A DNA stretch of 64,000 bases from an uncultured Acidimicrobiaceae bacterium (GCA_963830165.1 CAWHKZ010000004.1:37722-101721); one strand, 5' to 3'. Shown: positions 16,887 to 26,500, numbered from the stretch's first letter. Made by a program: numbers and translations. Notes: generated from the sequence alone by a model not told the origin.

Positions 16887-17450
16887 TCACGCCCGCAGGT
16901 CTGCAGACGCGAGGTTCGGTCCCGGTGGCGCCTCTCCCCCGGCTCCCCGGTCCCAGGTTCCCGACCTGCCACCCGACTTGTGCCACAGGGTGACGTCGTC
17001 GATCGAGGCCCGGGGGTCCAGGTCCATCTCCCACAGGGCCTGGACGAGCGCCAGGGCGGTGGCGGTGCAGGCGGTGAGGGCCTCCATCTCGACGCCGGTC
17101 CGGTCGACCACGGAGGCGACCGCAGCCACCGCGAACCCGGTGGGCACGGTCCGGACCCGCACGTCGATGGCGTCGAGCCGGATGGGATGGCAGAGCGGGA
17201 TCAGCGCCGACGTCCGCTTGGCGGCCATGATGCCGGCGAACCGGGCCGATGCCAGGAGACCGCCTCCTCCCGGACGGTCGGACCCGAGCCGGGCCACGTC
17301 GACGACGGTATGGACCTGGCAGCGGGCCTCGGCGATCCGGTGGGTCACCGCCTTGCCCGTCACGTCGACCATGCGGGCCTCGCCACGCTCGTTCACGTGG
17401 GTCAGCCGAACCGAGGAGGCGGCGGCGGCGCCCGTCGGCCCGGCGGTCAT
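16887..17450 (-). CDS. moaC: Cyclic pyranopterin monophosphate synthase MoaC
   Basis: LTHVNERGEARMVDVTGK...ALIPLCHPI...VDRTGVEMEALTA are MoaC signatures. Its ATG overlaps the moaD stop (ATGA). Confidence 0.9.
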   Translation of the reverse strand: MTAGPTGAAAASSVRLTHVNERGEARMVDVTGKAVTHRIAEARCQVHTVVDVARLGSDRPGGGGLLASARFAGIMAAKRTSALIPLCHPIRLDAIDVRVRTVPTGFAVAAVASVVDRTGVEMEALTACTATALALVQALWEMDLDPRASIDDVTLWHKSGGRSGTWDRGAGGEAPPGPNLASADLRA

Positions 17451-17683
17451 CCGCCCGACACCGGGGGGACGAGGGCCACCTCGTCGTCGTCGCCGACAGG
17501 GTCCTGGCGGGCGGCGGCGTCACCGTTGACCCAGACCCCGGACGACCGCGCGATCCGGGCGAACCGCTCCCCGAAGCGGGCCTCCGCCGCGTCGAGCACG
17601 GCGCCGACACTGCCGCCGGGGATCTCCACCCGGTGGACCCCGGCCTGCTCCCGGGCGGGACCGAACAGCCGCAGCTGGGCCAC
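17447..17683 (-). CDS. moaD: Molybdopterin synthase sulfur-carrier subunit MoaD
   Basis: 78 aa with a ubiquitin-like fold and a C-terminal ...VALVPPVSGG (GG terminus). GTG start. Confidence 0.8.
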   Translation of the reverse strand: MAQLRLFGPAREQAGVHRVEIPGGSVGAVLDAAEARFGERFARIARSSGVWVNGDAAARQDPVGDDDEVALVPPVSGG

Positions 17684-17687
17684 GTCC

Positions 17688-18779
17688 TCAGCCGCCGATC
17701 ATCGACATCGAACGGGCCGGGCGCAGGAACCCCGGCTCGTTGATCCCGTGTCCCGGATGCTTGCCCCACACGGCACGGCGCAGCACCGTCGTCAGCTCGA
17801 GGTCACCACCGCCACCCCGGAGCACGTCACGAACGGACCGTTCGTCGTCGGAGAAGAGGCAGTTCCGGACGGCCCCGTCGGCGGTAAGGCGGAGCCGGTT
17901 GCAGGTCCCGCAGAAGGGCTGGGTCACGCTCGAGATGAGCCCGATCTCGCCGGCCCCGTCCCGGAAGCGGAACCGCTCCGCCGGTGCCGGTCCAGGGCGG
18001 TCGTCGACCGCCCGCAGCGGCCACTCGGCCGAGATCCGCCGGAGGACCTCGGCCCCGGGCACCAGTCGGTCGCGCGCCCAGCTGCCGTCGGCGTCGAGGG
18101 GCATGAACTCGATGAACCGGACGATCCGTCCGGTCTCCCGGGCGAACCGGGCGAAGTCGAGGATCTCGTCGTCGTTCCACCCCCGCAGGAGCACGACGTT
18201 GACCTTGACCGGCAGGAGTCCGGCCGCCTCGGCCGCGTCCATGGCGTGCAGCACCGTGGCCAGGTCGCCCCGGCGCCGGATCGAGGCGAATCGTGCGGGC
18301 CGCAGCGAGTCACAGCTGATGTTGACCCGGTCGAGACCCGACGCGGCCAACCGGCCGGCCTGGGGAACCAGCAGCATGCCGTTGGTGGTGAGGGAGAGAT
18401 CGACCCGGCCGAGCGACGCCAGCCGGACGACCAGATCGGCGAGGTCGGTACGCACCAGCGGCTCGCCGCCGGTGAGCCGGAGGGAGGTGACACCCATCCC
18501 GCAGGCCACGGCGGCCACCCGCGCGATCTCGCCGAAGGAGAGCAGCGCCGAACGCGGGAGGAACGTCATCCCCCGCTCCTGCATGCAGTAGACGCAGCGC
18601 AGGTTGCACCGGTCGGTGACCGAGATCCGCAGATCGTCGTGCACGCGTCCGAAAGGGTCGACCAGGGGGCCCTCGGTGGGCATGCGCCCGGCCGACGTGA
18701 CGCCGGCCTCCCGCGACGGCCCCGGGCGCGGGGTCGCGGTCCGCGCTCGCCGTCCGAGCGCCACCGGGACGGCGGTCAT
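17688..18779 (-). CDS. moaA: GTP 3',8-cyclase MoaA (radical SAM)
   Basis: DRCNLRCVYCM is the CxxxCxxC radical-SAM cluster. A C-terminal CGTCNRLRLTADG motif is present. The ATG at 18779 overlaps the moeA stop (ATGA). Confidence 0.9.
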   Translation of the reverse strand: MTAVPVALGRRARTATPRPGPSREAGVTSAGRMPTEGPLVDPFGRVHDDLRISVTDRCNLRCVYCMQERGMTFLPRSALLSFGEIARVAAVACGMGVTSLRLTGGEPLVRTDLADLVVRLASLGRVDLSLTTNGMLLVPQAGRLAASGLDRVNISCDSLRPARFASIRRRGDLATVLHAMDAAEAAGLLPVKVNVVLLRGWNDDEILDFARFARETGRIVRFIEFMPLDADGSWARDRLVPGAEVLRRISAEWPLRAVDDRPGPAPAERFRFRDGAGEIGLISSVTQPFCGTCNRLRLTADGAVRNCLFSDDERSVRDVLRGGGGDLELTTVLRRAVWGKHPGHGINEPGFLRPARSMSMIGG

Positions 18780-20050
18780 CGGAAGGAGCCCCCCGTCGGG
18801 TCCCCGGTGCCGAGCCGGGCGAGATCGGTGGGCATCACGTCGAGCCGGCCCCCGGCCCAGACACCGTCGCCGTCGGGCAGGACGGCCAGGGCGTTCGACC
18901 CGGCCATGGCCAGCAGTTGGTCGGACTGCTGGCCGGCCACGGGACGGACCCGCCAGGTGCCGTGACCGTCCAGCCGGACGACGGCGCGGACGAAGTGGGT
19001 CTTGCCGTCGGGGCTGCGTTCGAACCCGGCGTCGGCGACGGCCGGGACCACCCGGCGCACCAGGTCGCGGTGGCCCGCGAGCAGGCGCCCGGCCGGCCGT
19101 ACGAAGAGCTCGAAGCTCACGAGGGCGGACACCGGATTGCCCGGCAGCCCGAACACGGGTGTGCCCGGGCCGGACAGCAATCCGAAGGCGAACGGCTTGC
19201 CCGGCCGGATGGCCACCTGCATCCAGCGCATCGTTCCGCCGCTGCGCTCGCGCAGTGCGACCTTGACCTCGTCGAGATCGCCCACACTCACGCCACCGGT
19301 CGTGACGATGGCGTCGCAGCGGCCGGCCGCCTCGTCGAGGATGCACCCGATCGCCGACCGGTCGTCGCCGACCACCCCGAGGTCGACCGGGTCGAATCCC
19401 TCGCGCCGCACCGCGGCCAGCAACGAGTGCCGGTTGGACTCCCGGATCATCCCGGGTGGCAACGGGCCGGGGCCCGTCACCAGTTCGTCACCGGTGGAGA
19501 GGACCCCGATGCGGGGTGGGGGCCGGACCTCGACCCCGTCGATGCCCTGGCATGCGAGCACGCCGATGTGACCCGGCGTGACCACCGTCCCCGCGTCGAG
19601 GACGGTGTCGCCGACCGCCACGTCCTGTCCCGCCCGACGTACCGACGTGCCGGGGGCGATCGGCCGGTCGACCGCCACCACCTCCCCGTCCGACTCGACC
19701 CGGCACTCCTCGAACATGCACACGGCATCCGCATGCTCGGGCAGTGGTGCGCCCGTCATGATCCGGGCCGTCTGCCCCGCTCCGATCCCGGTGCCGAGCA
19801 CGGTGCCGGCCATGACCGTCCCCACCACCTTCAGCCGGGCCGGGCGATCGGCGCCCGCCGCGTCAGCGGTGTCGGCCGCCCGCAGGGCATAGCCGTCCAT
19901 CGAGGATCGGACGAAGGGCGGGACCGGCTCGACGGCCACGATCGACGAGGTCGCCACGCGATCCAGCGCCTCGTCGATGGGCACGACCCGGGACGGCAGG
20001 ACCGTACAGGCGCCGAGCACGAACGACCGTGCCTCGTCGAGCGGGATCAC
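18776..20050 (-). CDS. moeA: Molybdopterin molybdotransferase MoeA
   Basis: VIPLDEARSFVL...PPFVRSSMDGYALRAAD...TGGVSVGDLD...GLPGNPVSALVSFELF. The GTG at 20050 overlaps the moaE stop (GTGA). Confidence 0.9.
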   Translation of the reverse strand: MIPLDEARSFVLGACTVLPSRVVPIDEALDRVATSSIVAVEPVPPFVRSSMDGYALRAADTADAAGADRPARLKVVGTVMAGTVLGTGIGAGQTARIMTGAPLPEHADAVCMFEECRVESDGEVVAVDRPIAPGTSVRRAGQDVAVGDTVLDAGTVVTPGHIGVLACQGIDGVEVRPPPRIGVLSTGDELVTGPGPLPPGMIRESNRHSLLAAVRREGFDPVDLGVVGDDRSAIGCILDEAAGRCDAIVTTGGVSVGDLDEVKVALRERSGGTMRWMQVAIRPGKPFAFGLLSGPGTPVFGLPGNPVSALVSFELFVRPAGRLLAGHRDLVRRVVPAVADAGFERSPDGKTHFVRAVVRLDGHGTWRVRPVAGQQSDQLLAMAGSNALAVLPDGDGVWAGGRLDVMPTDLARLGTGDPTGGSFR

Positions 20051-20587
20051 GGACCCACGTCCTCGATCTCGTGGGCGCACTCGCTCCAGCCGTGGCCCCC
20101 GGCCCAGGTCTCGAGCTTCCAGACCGGGACGGTCCGCTTGAGCGTGTCGATGCAGAACTCCGCGGCGTCGAAGGCCTCGCGCCGATGGGGCGTCGACACC
20201 GCCACGACGACACTGACCTCGCCGACGGCCAGGCGGCCGGTGCGGTGGAGCAGGGCCAGCCGACCGATCATGGGCCACCGCCCCCGCGCCGCGCCGGCCA
20301 CCTCGCCGAGCCGGACCGCCGCCAGCTCGGGATAGACCTCGTAGCTGAGGGAGGTCACGCAGGGTCGGCCCTCCGAGTGGTCGCGTACCGTCCCCGCGAA
20401 CGAGACGATGGCGCCGCAGCCCGGGCAGCGACACCCAGGCCATGACGCGGTCGACGTCCAGCGCGTGCCCGGTTAGGGCGATCCACGCCTGATCGTCGTC
20501 CGGGTCGGTCCCCCCGGTCGGCGCGTCGCCGCCCTCGTGCAGCGCCGTCGAGGAGCCTGCTGCGCCCCCGGGTGGGCGCTCATCCAC
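20047..20587 (-). pseudogene. moaE: Molybdopterin synthase catalytic subunit MoaE with one reading-frame change near 20417-20424; the start is uncertain
   Basis: The N-terminal part, ...DDDQAWIALTGHALDVDRVMAWVSLPG, is in the frame of ORF 18776..21040. The sequence continues in the frame of ORF 20047..20358 as CGAIVSFAGTVRDHSEGRPCVTSLSYEVYPELA...TPHRREAFDAAEFCIDTLKRTVPVWK. The length is 541 nt (3n+1) if the GTG at 20587 is the start. Confidence 0.7.
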
Positions 20588-20691
20588 CGCGGTGCCTCCC
20601 GACGGCTTGGCGGGCCGGGGAGAGGCGACCGGCCCGGCGGGCGCCCGTCCCGGGGAACCGGGCCCGTCGCCAGCCGCACGGCCGCGGCCGG

Positions 20692-21159
20692 TCAGTGCGG
20701 CTGGCCGCCGGCGAGCAGTTCGAGGACGTGGGGCACCACGTCGATGACGGCCTCGATCGACTCGACCGCGCCGGCGGTCGACCCGGGCAGGTTGACGACG
20801 AGGCACGCGCCGGTCGCCCCCGCCACGCCCCGCGTGAGCCGCCCGAGCGGGCTGCAGGACCGGATCGCCTCGGCCAGGCCGGGCGCGTCCCGGTCCACCA
20901 CGCGCCGGGTCGCCTCGGGGGTGAGATCGGTCGGGGAGAACCCGGTGCCGCCCGTGGTGGCGACCAGCCCGTGGAATCCCGACGACAGGCGCCGGAGCGC
21001 AGCCTCCACCGGTTCCACGCCGTCGGGCACCACCGCGCACTCCACGACGTCGAATCCGTGGTGGGCCAGCACGGCGACGAGGGCCGGGCCCGAGCGGTCC
21101 AGCCGGGATCCGCCGTGGACCGAATCGGAGACCGTGAGCACCTTCGCCTCCCGACGCAT
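20692..21159 (-). CDS. mog: MogA/MoaB-family molybdenum cofactor biosynthesis protein
   Basis: MRREAKVLTVSDS...VATTGGTGFSPTDLTPEAT...NLPGSTAGAVESIE. Internal Met of ORF 20692..21285. Confidence 0.85.
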   Translation of the reverse strand: MRREAKVLTVSDSVHGGSRLDRSGPALVAVLAHHGFDVVECAVVPDGVEPVEAALRRLSSGFHGLVATTGGTGFSPTDLTPEATRRVVDRDAPGLAEAIRSCSPLGRLTRGVAGATGACLVVNLPGSTAGAVESIEAVIDVVPHVLELLAGGQPH

Positions 21160-21363
21160 GCCGTCGACGCTAGCGGCCCCGGTTCCGCTCCGACCCCTGC
21201 GGTCGCACCCGGCCGGGCGGCGACCGAGGCCCCTCCCACGACGCTCCCACCGGCCGCGACGCCCCGGACGCTCCGCACGCCCCACTATCCCGTGTCCCGG
21301 CGCGGGCCGGCATCACGTGATTCCCGTGACCGGACGGGCGGGACCGGTGGCGACGGTGGGCCG

Positions 21364-21783
21364 TCAGTCCCGTCCCGGGACGGCGCCGAGCAGGCCGAGG
21401 CGCCGGGCGCACTCGACCGCCTCCCCCCGCCGGTGCGCACCCAGCTTGCGGTAGAGGTGGCTGATGTGCGTGTTGACCGTGTTCGCCGACACGTAGAGCT
21501 CGGCCGCTATTTCCGGTTGGGTCAGATTGGTGGGAAGGTACCGCAGCACCCGGAGCTCGGACTGGGTGAGCGGCTCGGCCGACCCGCGGACATCGGGCTG
21601 TCGCCGCCCGGTGCCGGCGTCGACCTGCCGGCGGAGGTCAGATGCGGGCCCGATGTCCGATGCCGGACGGCGTCCAGGCGGGTCCGGTGCCGGGCCGGTG
21701 CCGAGGACGGATCCGCACTGCGACCGACCGTCCCACGGCCCCTCCACGACATTGCGGCCGGCCAGGAGCGACGCCATCACCAT
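21364..21783 (-). CDS. LuxR-family HTH protein (only the C-terminal DNA-binding domain is recognisable)
   Basis: LTQSELRVLRYLPTNLTQPEIAAELYVSANTVNTHISHLYRKLG is a LuxR/GerE HTH. The N-terminal 70 aa are low complexity. The same frame stays open upstream to 21993 without a canonical start. Confidence 0.6.
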   Translation of the reverse strand: MVMASLLAGRNVVEGPWDGRSQCGSVLGTGPAPDPPGRRPASDIGPASDLRRQVDAGTGRRQPDVRGSAEPLTQSELRVLRYLPTNLTQPEIAAELYVSANTVNTHISHLYRKLGAHRRGEAVECARRLGLLGAVPGRD

Positions 21784-22079
21784 GACCGCTCCGTCGGGGT
21801 CGTCGCGCGCCAGTCGCAGGATCGCCTCCGCGATGACGATGCACCGCTCCCCGTCCGCGTCAGTGTCGGCCCCAGCGGTCGCCCCTGGAGTGCCGACCGG
21901 ATCGGCCGCCGCCGCTCGAGCTCCGGCCCACCGCGAGATGGCGGAGTCTGCCGGCCGCGCCGTTGCGGGCGAGATGGGATGCTGCGGCCTTTCCTACGGG
22001 ATATCCGGAGTCACCGCTCACTGGCCCAACCTCCGCTGACGGACTCGACGCTTCCGAATCCCCCCGTCATGCTGGGACC

Positions 22080-22703
22080 ATGCCCTGCACCGCCGGTCCC
22101 GAGGCCAATGTACTGGGAATCCTGCTTTCCGGAGGTTCGAGTCGGCGCATGGGATTCGACAAGGCCATCATGAGCATCGGCGGCATGCGCTGCGCCGAGA
22201 GGATCGCCGGCGCCCTGCGGGCGGTGGTCGGCCATGCGGTCGAGGTGGGTCCCGGGGTGTCCGGGCTCGCCGCCGTGCTGGAGGAGCACCCGGGGACCGG
22301 GCCGCTCGTGGCGGTCTGCGAGGGACGGCGAGCGCTCCTGCTGGGACAGGTGGGGGAATTCCGTTCCGCGCTCGTCGTGGCCTGCGATCTCCCCCTGGTC
22401 ACCGAGGCCGTCCTGCGGACCCTCGCCCGGTGGCCCGGGGACCGCTCGGTCGTTCCGGTCGTCGCCGGCCGGTCGCAGCCGCTGTGCGCCCGCTGGTCCT
22501 CCGAGGACCTCACCACCGCGTCCCTCCTGGTCGGGGAAGGACACCGGTCGATGCGCTCGCTGCTCGACAACTGCGTCGTGGAGCTTGTCGACGTGGCCAC
22601 CTGGCCGGAGTCGGTCGACCACCGGGCGTTCGCCGACGTCGACCGGCCTGCCGACATCGAGCGGCTCGGACTGGTGGTGGATCCGGCCGACCGGACGTCG
22701 TAG
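22080..22703 (+). CDS. mobA: Molybdenum cofactor guanylyltransferase MobA
   Basis: VLGILLSGGSSRRMGFDKA... is the MobA N-terminal nucleotide-binding motif. ACDLPLVT is also present. Internal Met of ORF 21963..22703. Confidence 0.8.
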   Translation: MPCTAGPEANVLGILLSGGSSRRMGFDKAIMSIGGMRCAERIAGALRAVVGHAVEVGPGVSGLAAVLEEHPGTGPLVAVCEGRRALLLGQVGEFRSALVVACDLPLVTEAVLRTLARWPGDRSVVPVVAGRSQPLCARWSSEDLTTASLLVGEGHRSMRSLLDNCVVELVDVATWPESVDHRAFADVDRPADIERLGLVVDPADRTS

Positions 22704-22734
22704 GGGGGATCAGGGGGCGGACCCGATCTCGGGT

Positions 22735-24021
22735 TCACCGCCGACGGGCCAGCTCGAGGCCGTCGTCGCCGCAGTAGATGTTGGCCCGCCCGGCACGGAC
22801 GAACCCGACCACCGTGATACCCGTCCGCTGGGCGAGTTCGATCGCCAGGCTCGACGGCGCCGACACGGCGACGAGGTGGGAGATCCCCGCCATGGCGGCC
22901 TTCTGGACGATCTCGAACCCGAGGCGGCCGGACACGACGAGGGCCACGTCCCGCAGGGGCAGCCGCCGGTCCAACGCCGCCCATCCCACGAGCTTGTCCA
23001 CGGCGTTGTGCCGTCCGATGTCCTCCCGGACCGCCAGGCCGGTGCCCGAGCGATCGAACAGGCCGGCGCCGTGGAGACCGCCCGTCCTGGAGAAGAGGGC
23101 CTGCCGGGAACGCAGGGCGTCGGGCAGCGACACCAGGAGGTCCAGCGGCCAGGGTCCGGCCGACTCGACCGGGATCGACTGCTGTTCGATGCGGTCCAGC
23201 GCGGTCCTCCCGCACACCCCGCAGGCCGACGAGATCGCGAAGAGACGCCGATGCCCCTCCAGGTCGATCGCCCGGTCGGCCAGGACGGTGACCACGTTGT
23301 AGCGCTGGTCCACGAGGTCGGGATCCACCCGGGTGCAGTAGCCGACGCCGCGGACGGCCTGCTGCCCGGGCAGGATCCCCTCCGACAGCAGGAACCCCAC
23401 GGCCAGCTCGAAGTCGTTGCCGGGCGTGCGCATGGTCACACCGACGGGCCGGGATTCCTGACCGGGGCCCGCGACCCGGATCTCCAGTGGCTCCTCGGTG
23501 ACCAGCTCGTCCGGCCTGCGCAGGAAGCCGTCGGCGCGGACCGCGGTCACCTGGACCGGGACGGATCGGCGGGGGCGGGGCGGCTCACGGCGCGCCTGCG
23601 CCGCTTCGAGAGCGCGCTCCCGGACCCCCTCGTCGGTGCAGAAGCCGGTCCGGTCCCGTTTGAGGCACAGCAGTCCGAGCAGCCGGCCGTCGTCGTCGAC
23701 CACCGCCAGCCGGCGCCGGCGGTCTGCCACCAGGCGGGCGGCCACCGCGTCCAAGGGGTCCGACGGCCCGACCGTCCGGCCGACCAGCGTGCCGACCTCG
23801 GCGACGGACGTGCGCCCCACGGCCGGCGTTGCGAGATCCGATCTCTCGACCGTCGTCATCAGACGCCCGTCCGCGCCGACGACCAGGGCCAGGTGCACGT
23901 GGTCGTCCCCGAACACGGACCGGAGCTCGTCCAGCCCCGACGCCGGATCGAGGGTCTTCGGGGCGGTGATCATGGCGTCGGCCACCCGCGCCGGCGATGC
24001 GTCGTCGATCACCGTGGGCAC
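22735..24021 (-). CDS. fdhD: Formate dehydrogenase accessory sulfurtransferase FdhD with an N-terminal CBS-pair domain
   Basis: The N-terminal ~135 aa are CBS-like (VADAMITAPKTLDP...HLALVVGADGRLMTTVERSDL...RRLAVVDDDGRLLGLLCLKRD). The FdhD core follows (EEPLEIRV...SSACGVCG...GGLHGAGLF...EDIGRHNAVDK...VSGRLGFEIVQKA). GTG start at 24021. Confidence 0.85.
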   Translation of the reverse strand: MPTVIDDASPARVADAMITAPKTLDPASGLDELRSVFGDDHVHLALVVGADGRLMTTVERSDLATPAVGRTSVAEVGTLVGRTVGPSDPLDAVAARLVADRRRRLAVVDDDGRLLGLLCLKRDRTGFCTDEGVRERALEAAQARREPPRPRRSVPVQVTAVRADGFLRRPDELVTEEPLEIRVAGPGQESRPVGVTMRTPGNDFELAVGFLLSEGILPGQQAVRGVGYCTRVDPDLVDQRYNVVTVLADRAIDLEGHRRLFAISSACGVCGRTALDRIEQQSIPVESAGPWPLDLLVSLPDALRSRQALFSRTGGLHGAGLFDRSGTGLAVREDIGRHNAVDKLVGWAALDRRLPLRDVALVVSGRLGFEIVQKAAMAGISHLVAVSAPSSLAIELAQRTGITVVGFVRAGRANIYCGDDGLELARRR

Positions 24022-24073
24022 GTCCTCGCTCGGGGCCCCGCGCCGGACGGCTCTGTCGCCGGGACGGAAGGGC

Positions 24074-26500
24074 TCACAGTCCTGCGTCCCGCTGCACCTG
24101 GGACGGTGTGATCTCCACGACGAGATGCTTCATCACCGGCTGTTCGCTCTGGCTGCTGATATCGGCGATGCCGAGCAGCACGTTCAACTCCGGCATGTAG
24201 CCGGCCGCGCAGCCCGGCGGTACCTCGTAGCGGATGGCCCGGTAGCCGTAGACGGTCCGCTCCGACCCGTCCACCGAGAAGCTCCTGACATCGATGAAGT
24301 CGAACTCCTCCAGGCCTCGGTCGCTCATGTCGTTGCCGTTCATGAAGATGACGGTGCGGAGTCCCTGCAGCCCGCGGTACCGGTCGTCGTTGGAGTAGAT
24401 CGTCGTGTTGAACTGGTCGTGCGAACGGACCGTCGCCAACAACAGCCGGCCCGGACCCGGATCCACGTCGTCGGGCAGGGGTGCCGAAGAGAACTCGGCA
24501 CGGTTCGACGGCGTCTCGAAGATGCGCTGCCGCGCCGGCTGCGCGATGCGGAAGCCGTGGGGATGCCGGGCGCGACGGTTGAAGTCCTCGAATCCGTCCA
24601 GGACGAGGGACATGGTGTCGCGGATGCGGTCGTAGTCGTCGGCGTAGCCCTCCCAGGGACTGGCACTGTCGGGCAACGTCGCCCGGGCCATGCCGGCGAG
24701 GATGGCGCACTCGGAGCGCAGGTGGGGCGAGACAGGATCCTTCATCCCGCGGGAGATGTGCACCATGGACATGGCGTCCTCGACGGTGACTCCCTGCTCG
24801 CCGCCCGCCTGACGGTCCCGCTCCGTCCGGCCCAGGCACGGGAGGATGAGGGCACGCTTGCCGTGGACGATATGGCTGCGGTTGAGTTTCGTGCTGACCT
24901 GCACGGTCAGCTCGCAGTTGCGGAGCGCCTCGAAGGTGAAGGCGCTGTCGGGGCAGGCCAGGGCGAAATTCCCACCCATCGACACGAAGACCTTGACGTC
25001 GCCGCGGTGCATCGCCTCGACCGCGGGGGCGACACTCATGCCCTGCTCCCGAGGGGGTTCGAAACCGCACACGTGTCCCAACCGGTCGAGGAACTTCTTG
25101 CTGGGACGGTGGTCGATGCCGCACGTGCGGTTGCCCTGCACGTTGCTGTGGCCTCGGATCGGGCAGGGACCGGCACCCTCCCGGCCGATGTTGCCCCGCA
25201 GCAGCAGCAGATTGACGATCTCCCGCACCGTGTCGACGCCGTGCTCGTGCTGGGCGATGCCGAGACACCAGGCGATGATCACCCGATCGGATGCGAGGTA
25301 CGAGCCCGCCAGCTTGCGGATCTCGGGCTCCGAGATGCCGGACCCGGCGACCAGATCGGGCCACGGGGTGGCAGAAACCGCGGCGCGGTACTCCTCGAAG
25401 CCGTGCGTGTACAGCTCGATGAACTCCTGGTCGAGGACGCTGGGATCCTCGTCTGCGGCCTCGAGGACGGCCTTGGCGACACCGCGCAGGAGCGCCATGT
25501 CGCCGCCGATCCGCACCTGCATGTTCATGGTCCCGATCCGGGTCGGCCGGAGGGTCGCCATGCTGAGGAACTCGTGGGGAACGATCGTCCGCCTCGAGGC
25601 CGCCTCGATCAACGGATTGATGTGCACGATCTCCGCCCTCCGCCGATCGGCTTCGGCGAGCCAGGTCAGCATCCTCGGCGCATTGGTGGCGGCATTGTCC
25701 CCCATGACCCAGATGGCGTCGGCGTCCCGCCAGTCGTGTAGATCCACCGTGCCCTTGCCCGTGCCGAGCGAGGCGGTCATCGCCCTTCCGCTGGCCTCGT
25801 GGCACATGTTCGAGCAGTCCGGCAGGTTGTTCGTGCCGAACTCGCGCACCCACAGCTGGTAGAGGAACGTCGCCTCGTTGCTGAGTCGACCCGACGTGTA
25901 GAAGGCCGCTTGGTTCGGGCTGTCCAGCCTCCGCAGCGTGTCGCCGACCAGTTCGAAGGCCTCCTCCCAGGAGATCGGCTCGTACTTGTCACGTGCCGCG
26001 TTGTAGACCAGGGGCTCGGCGAGCCGGCCGGCCGCCTCGAGTTCGTAGTCGTTCCAGTCAGCCAGTTCGAGGACGGTATGGGCCGCGAAGAACGTGCTGT
26101 CCGCCTTGGCCGGAGCCATCTCCCACGTCGTGTGCTTGACGCCGTTCTCGCAGAGGTCGAGTTTGAGGCCGTCGGGATCGTCGGGCCACGCGCAGCCGGG
26201 ACAGTCGAATCCCCCGTCCTCCTGGTTCATGACGAAGATGGCCCGGAAGCCGTCCAGTGGCTCTCCCGCACGTTCCAGCACTTTGCCCACGCTCTTCGCC
26301 GCCCCCCAGCCGGCAGCCGGGTGGTGGTACTCGTGGCGGGTGAAGTTGCCGCTGGGGTTCGGGCCCCGACCGAGCGCAGCCCGGTCGGGCACGCCCCCCA
26401 TCATCAACTGATCGGCGCCCCGTCTCTCGGTCGAGTCCGGTGTCACGGGCGTTCCTTTCGTCGAGCCGGTCGGTCGGTCGCCCGCGTGGGACTGGGCCAT
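24074..26500 (-). CDS. FdhF/YdeP-family molybdopterin oxidoreductase
   Basis: 808 aa. GGFDCPGCAWPD..., NNLPDCSNMCHEASG and the C-terminal molybdopterin dinucleotide-binding region are characteristic of the YdeP/FdhF family. Confidence 0.9.
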   Translation of the reverse strand: MAQSHAGDRPTGSTKGTPVTPDSTERRGADQLMMGGVPDRAALGRGPNPSGNFTRHEYHHPAAGWGAAKSVGKVLERAGEPLDGFRAIFVMNQEDGGFDCPGCAWPDDPDGLKLDLCENGVKHTTWEMAPAKADSTFFAAHTVLELADWNDYELEAAGRLAEPLVYNAARDKYEPISWEEAFELVGDTLRRLDSPNQAAFYTSGRLSNEATFLYQLWVREFGTNNLPDCSNMCHEASGRAMTASLGTGKGTVDLHDWRDADAIWVMGDNAATNAPRMLTWLAEADRRRAEIVHINPLIEAASRRTIVPHEFLSMATLRPTRIGTMNMQVRIGGDMALLRGVAKAVLEAADEDPSVLDQEFIELYTHGFEEYRAAVSATPWPDLVAGSGISEPEIRKLAGSYLASDRVIIAWCLGIAQHEHGVDTVREIVNLLLLRGNIGREGAGPCPIRGHSNVQGNRTCGIDHRPSKKFLDRLGHVCGFEPPREQGMSVAPAVEAMHRGDVKVFVSMGGNFALACPDSAFTFEALRNCELTVQVSTKLNRSHIVHGKRALILPCLGRTERDRQAGGEQGVTVEDAMSMVHISRGMKDPVSPHLRSECAILAGMARATLPDSASPWEGYADDYDRIRDTMSLVLDGFEDFNRRARHPHGFRIAQPARQRIFETPSNRAEFSSAPLPDDVDPGPGRLLLATVRSHDQFNTTIYSNDDRYRGLQGLRTVIFMNGNDMSDRGLEEFDFIDVRSFSVDGSERTVYGYRAIRYEVPPGCAAGYMPELNVLLGIADISSQSEQPVMKHLVVEITPSQVQRDAGL

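Noticed and set aside
20473-20679. 68-aa ORF between mog and moaE.
   Set aside because: It is out of frame with the MoaE N-terminal region that it overlaps. The translation is Arg/Pro-rich.
21784-21993. The frame of the LuxR-type gene stays open for 70 more codons upstream (…GERCIVIAEAILRLARDDPDGAV-MVMAS…), which suggests a longer protein.
   Set aside because: There is no ATG, GTG or TTG in that stretch. The extension would run into the mobA upstream region, and I recognise no domain. I kept the ATG at 21783 and flagged the gene as possibly truncated.
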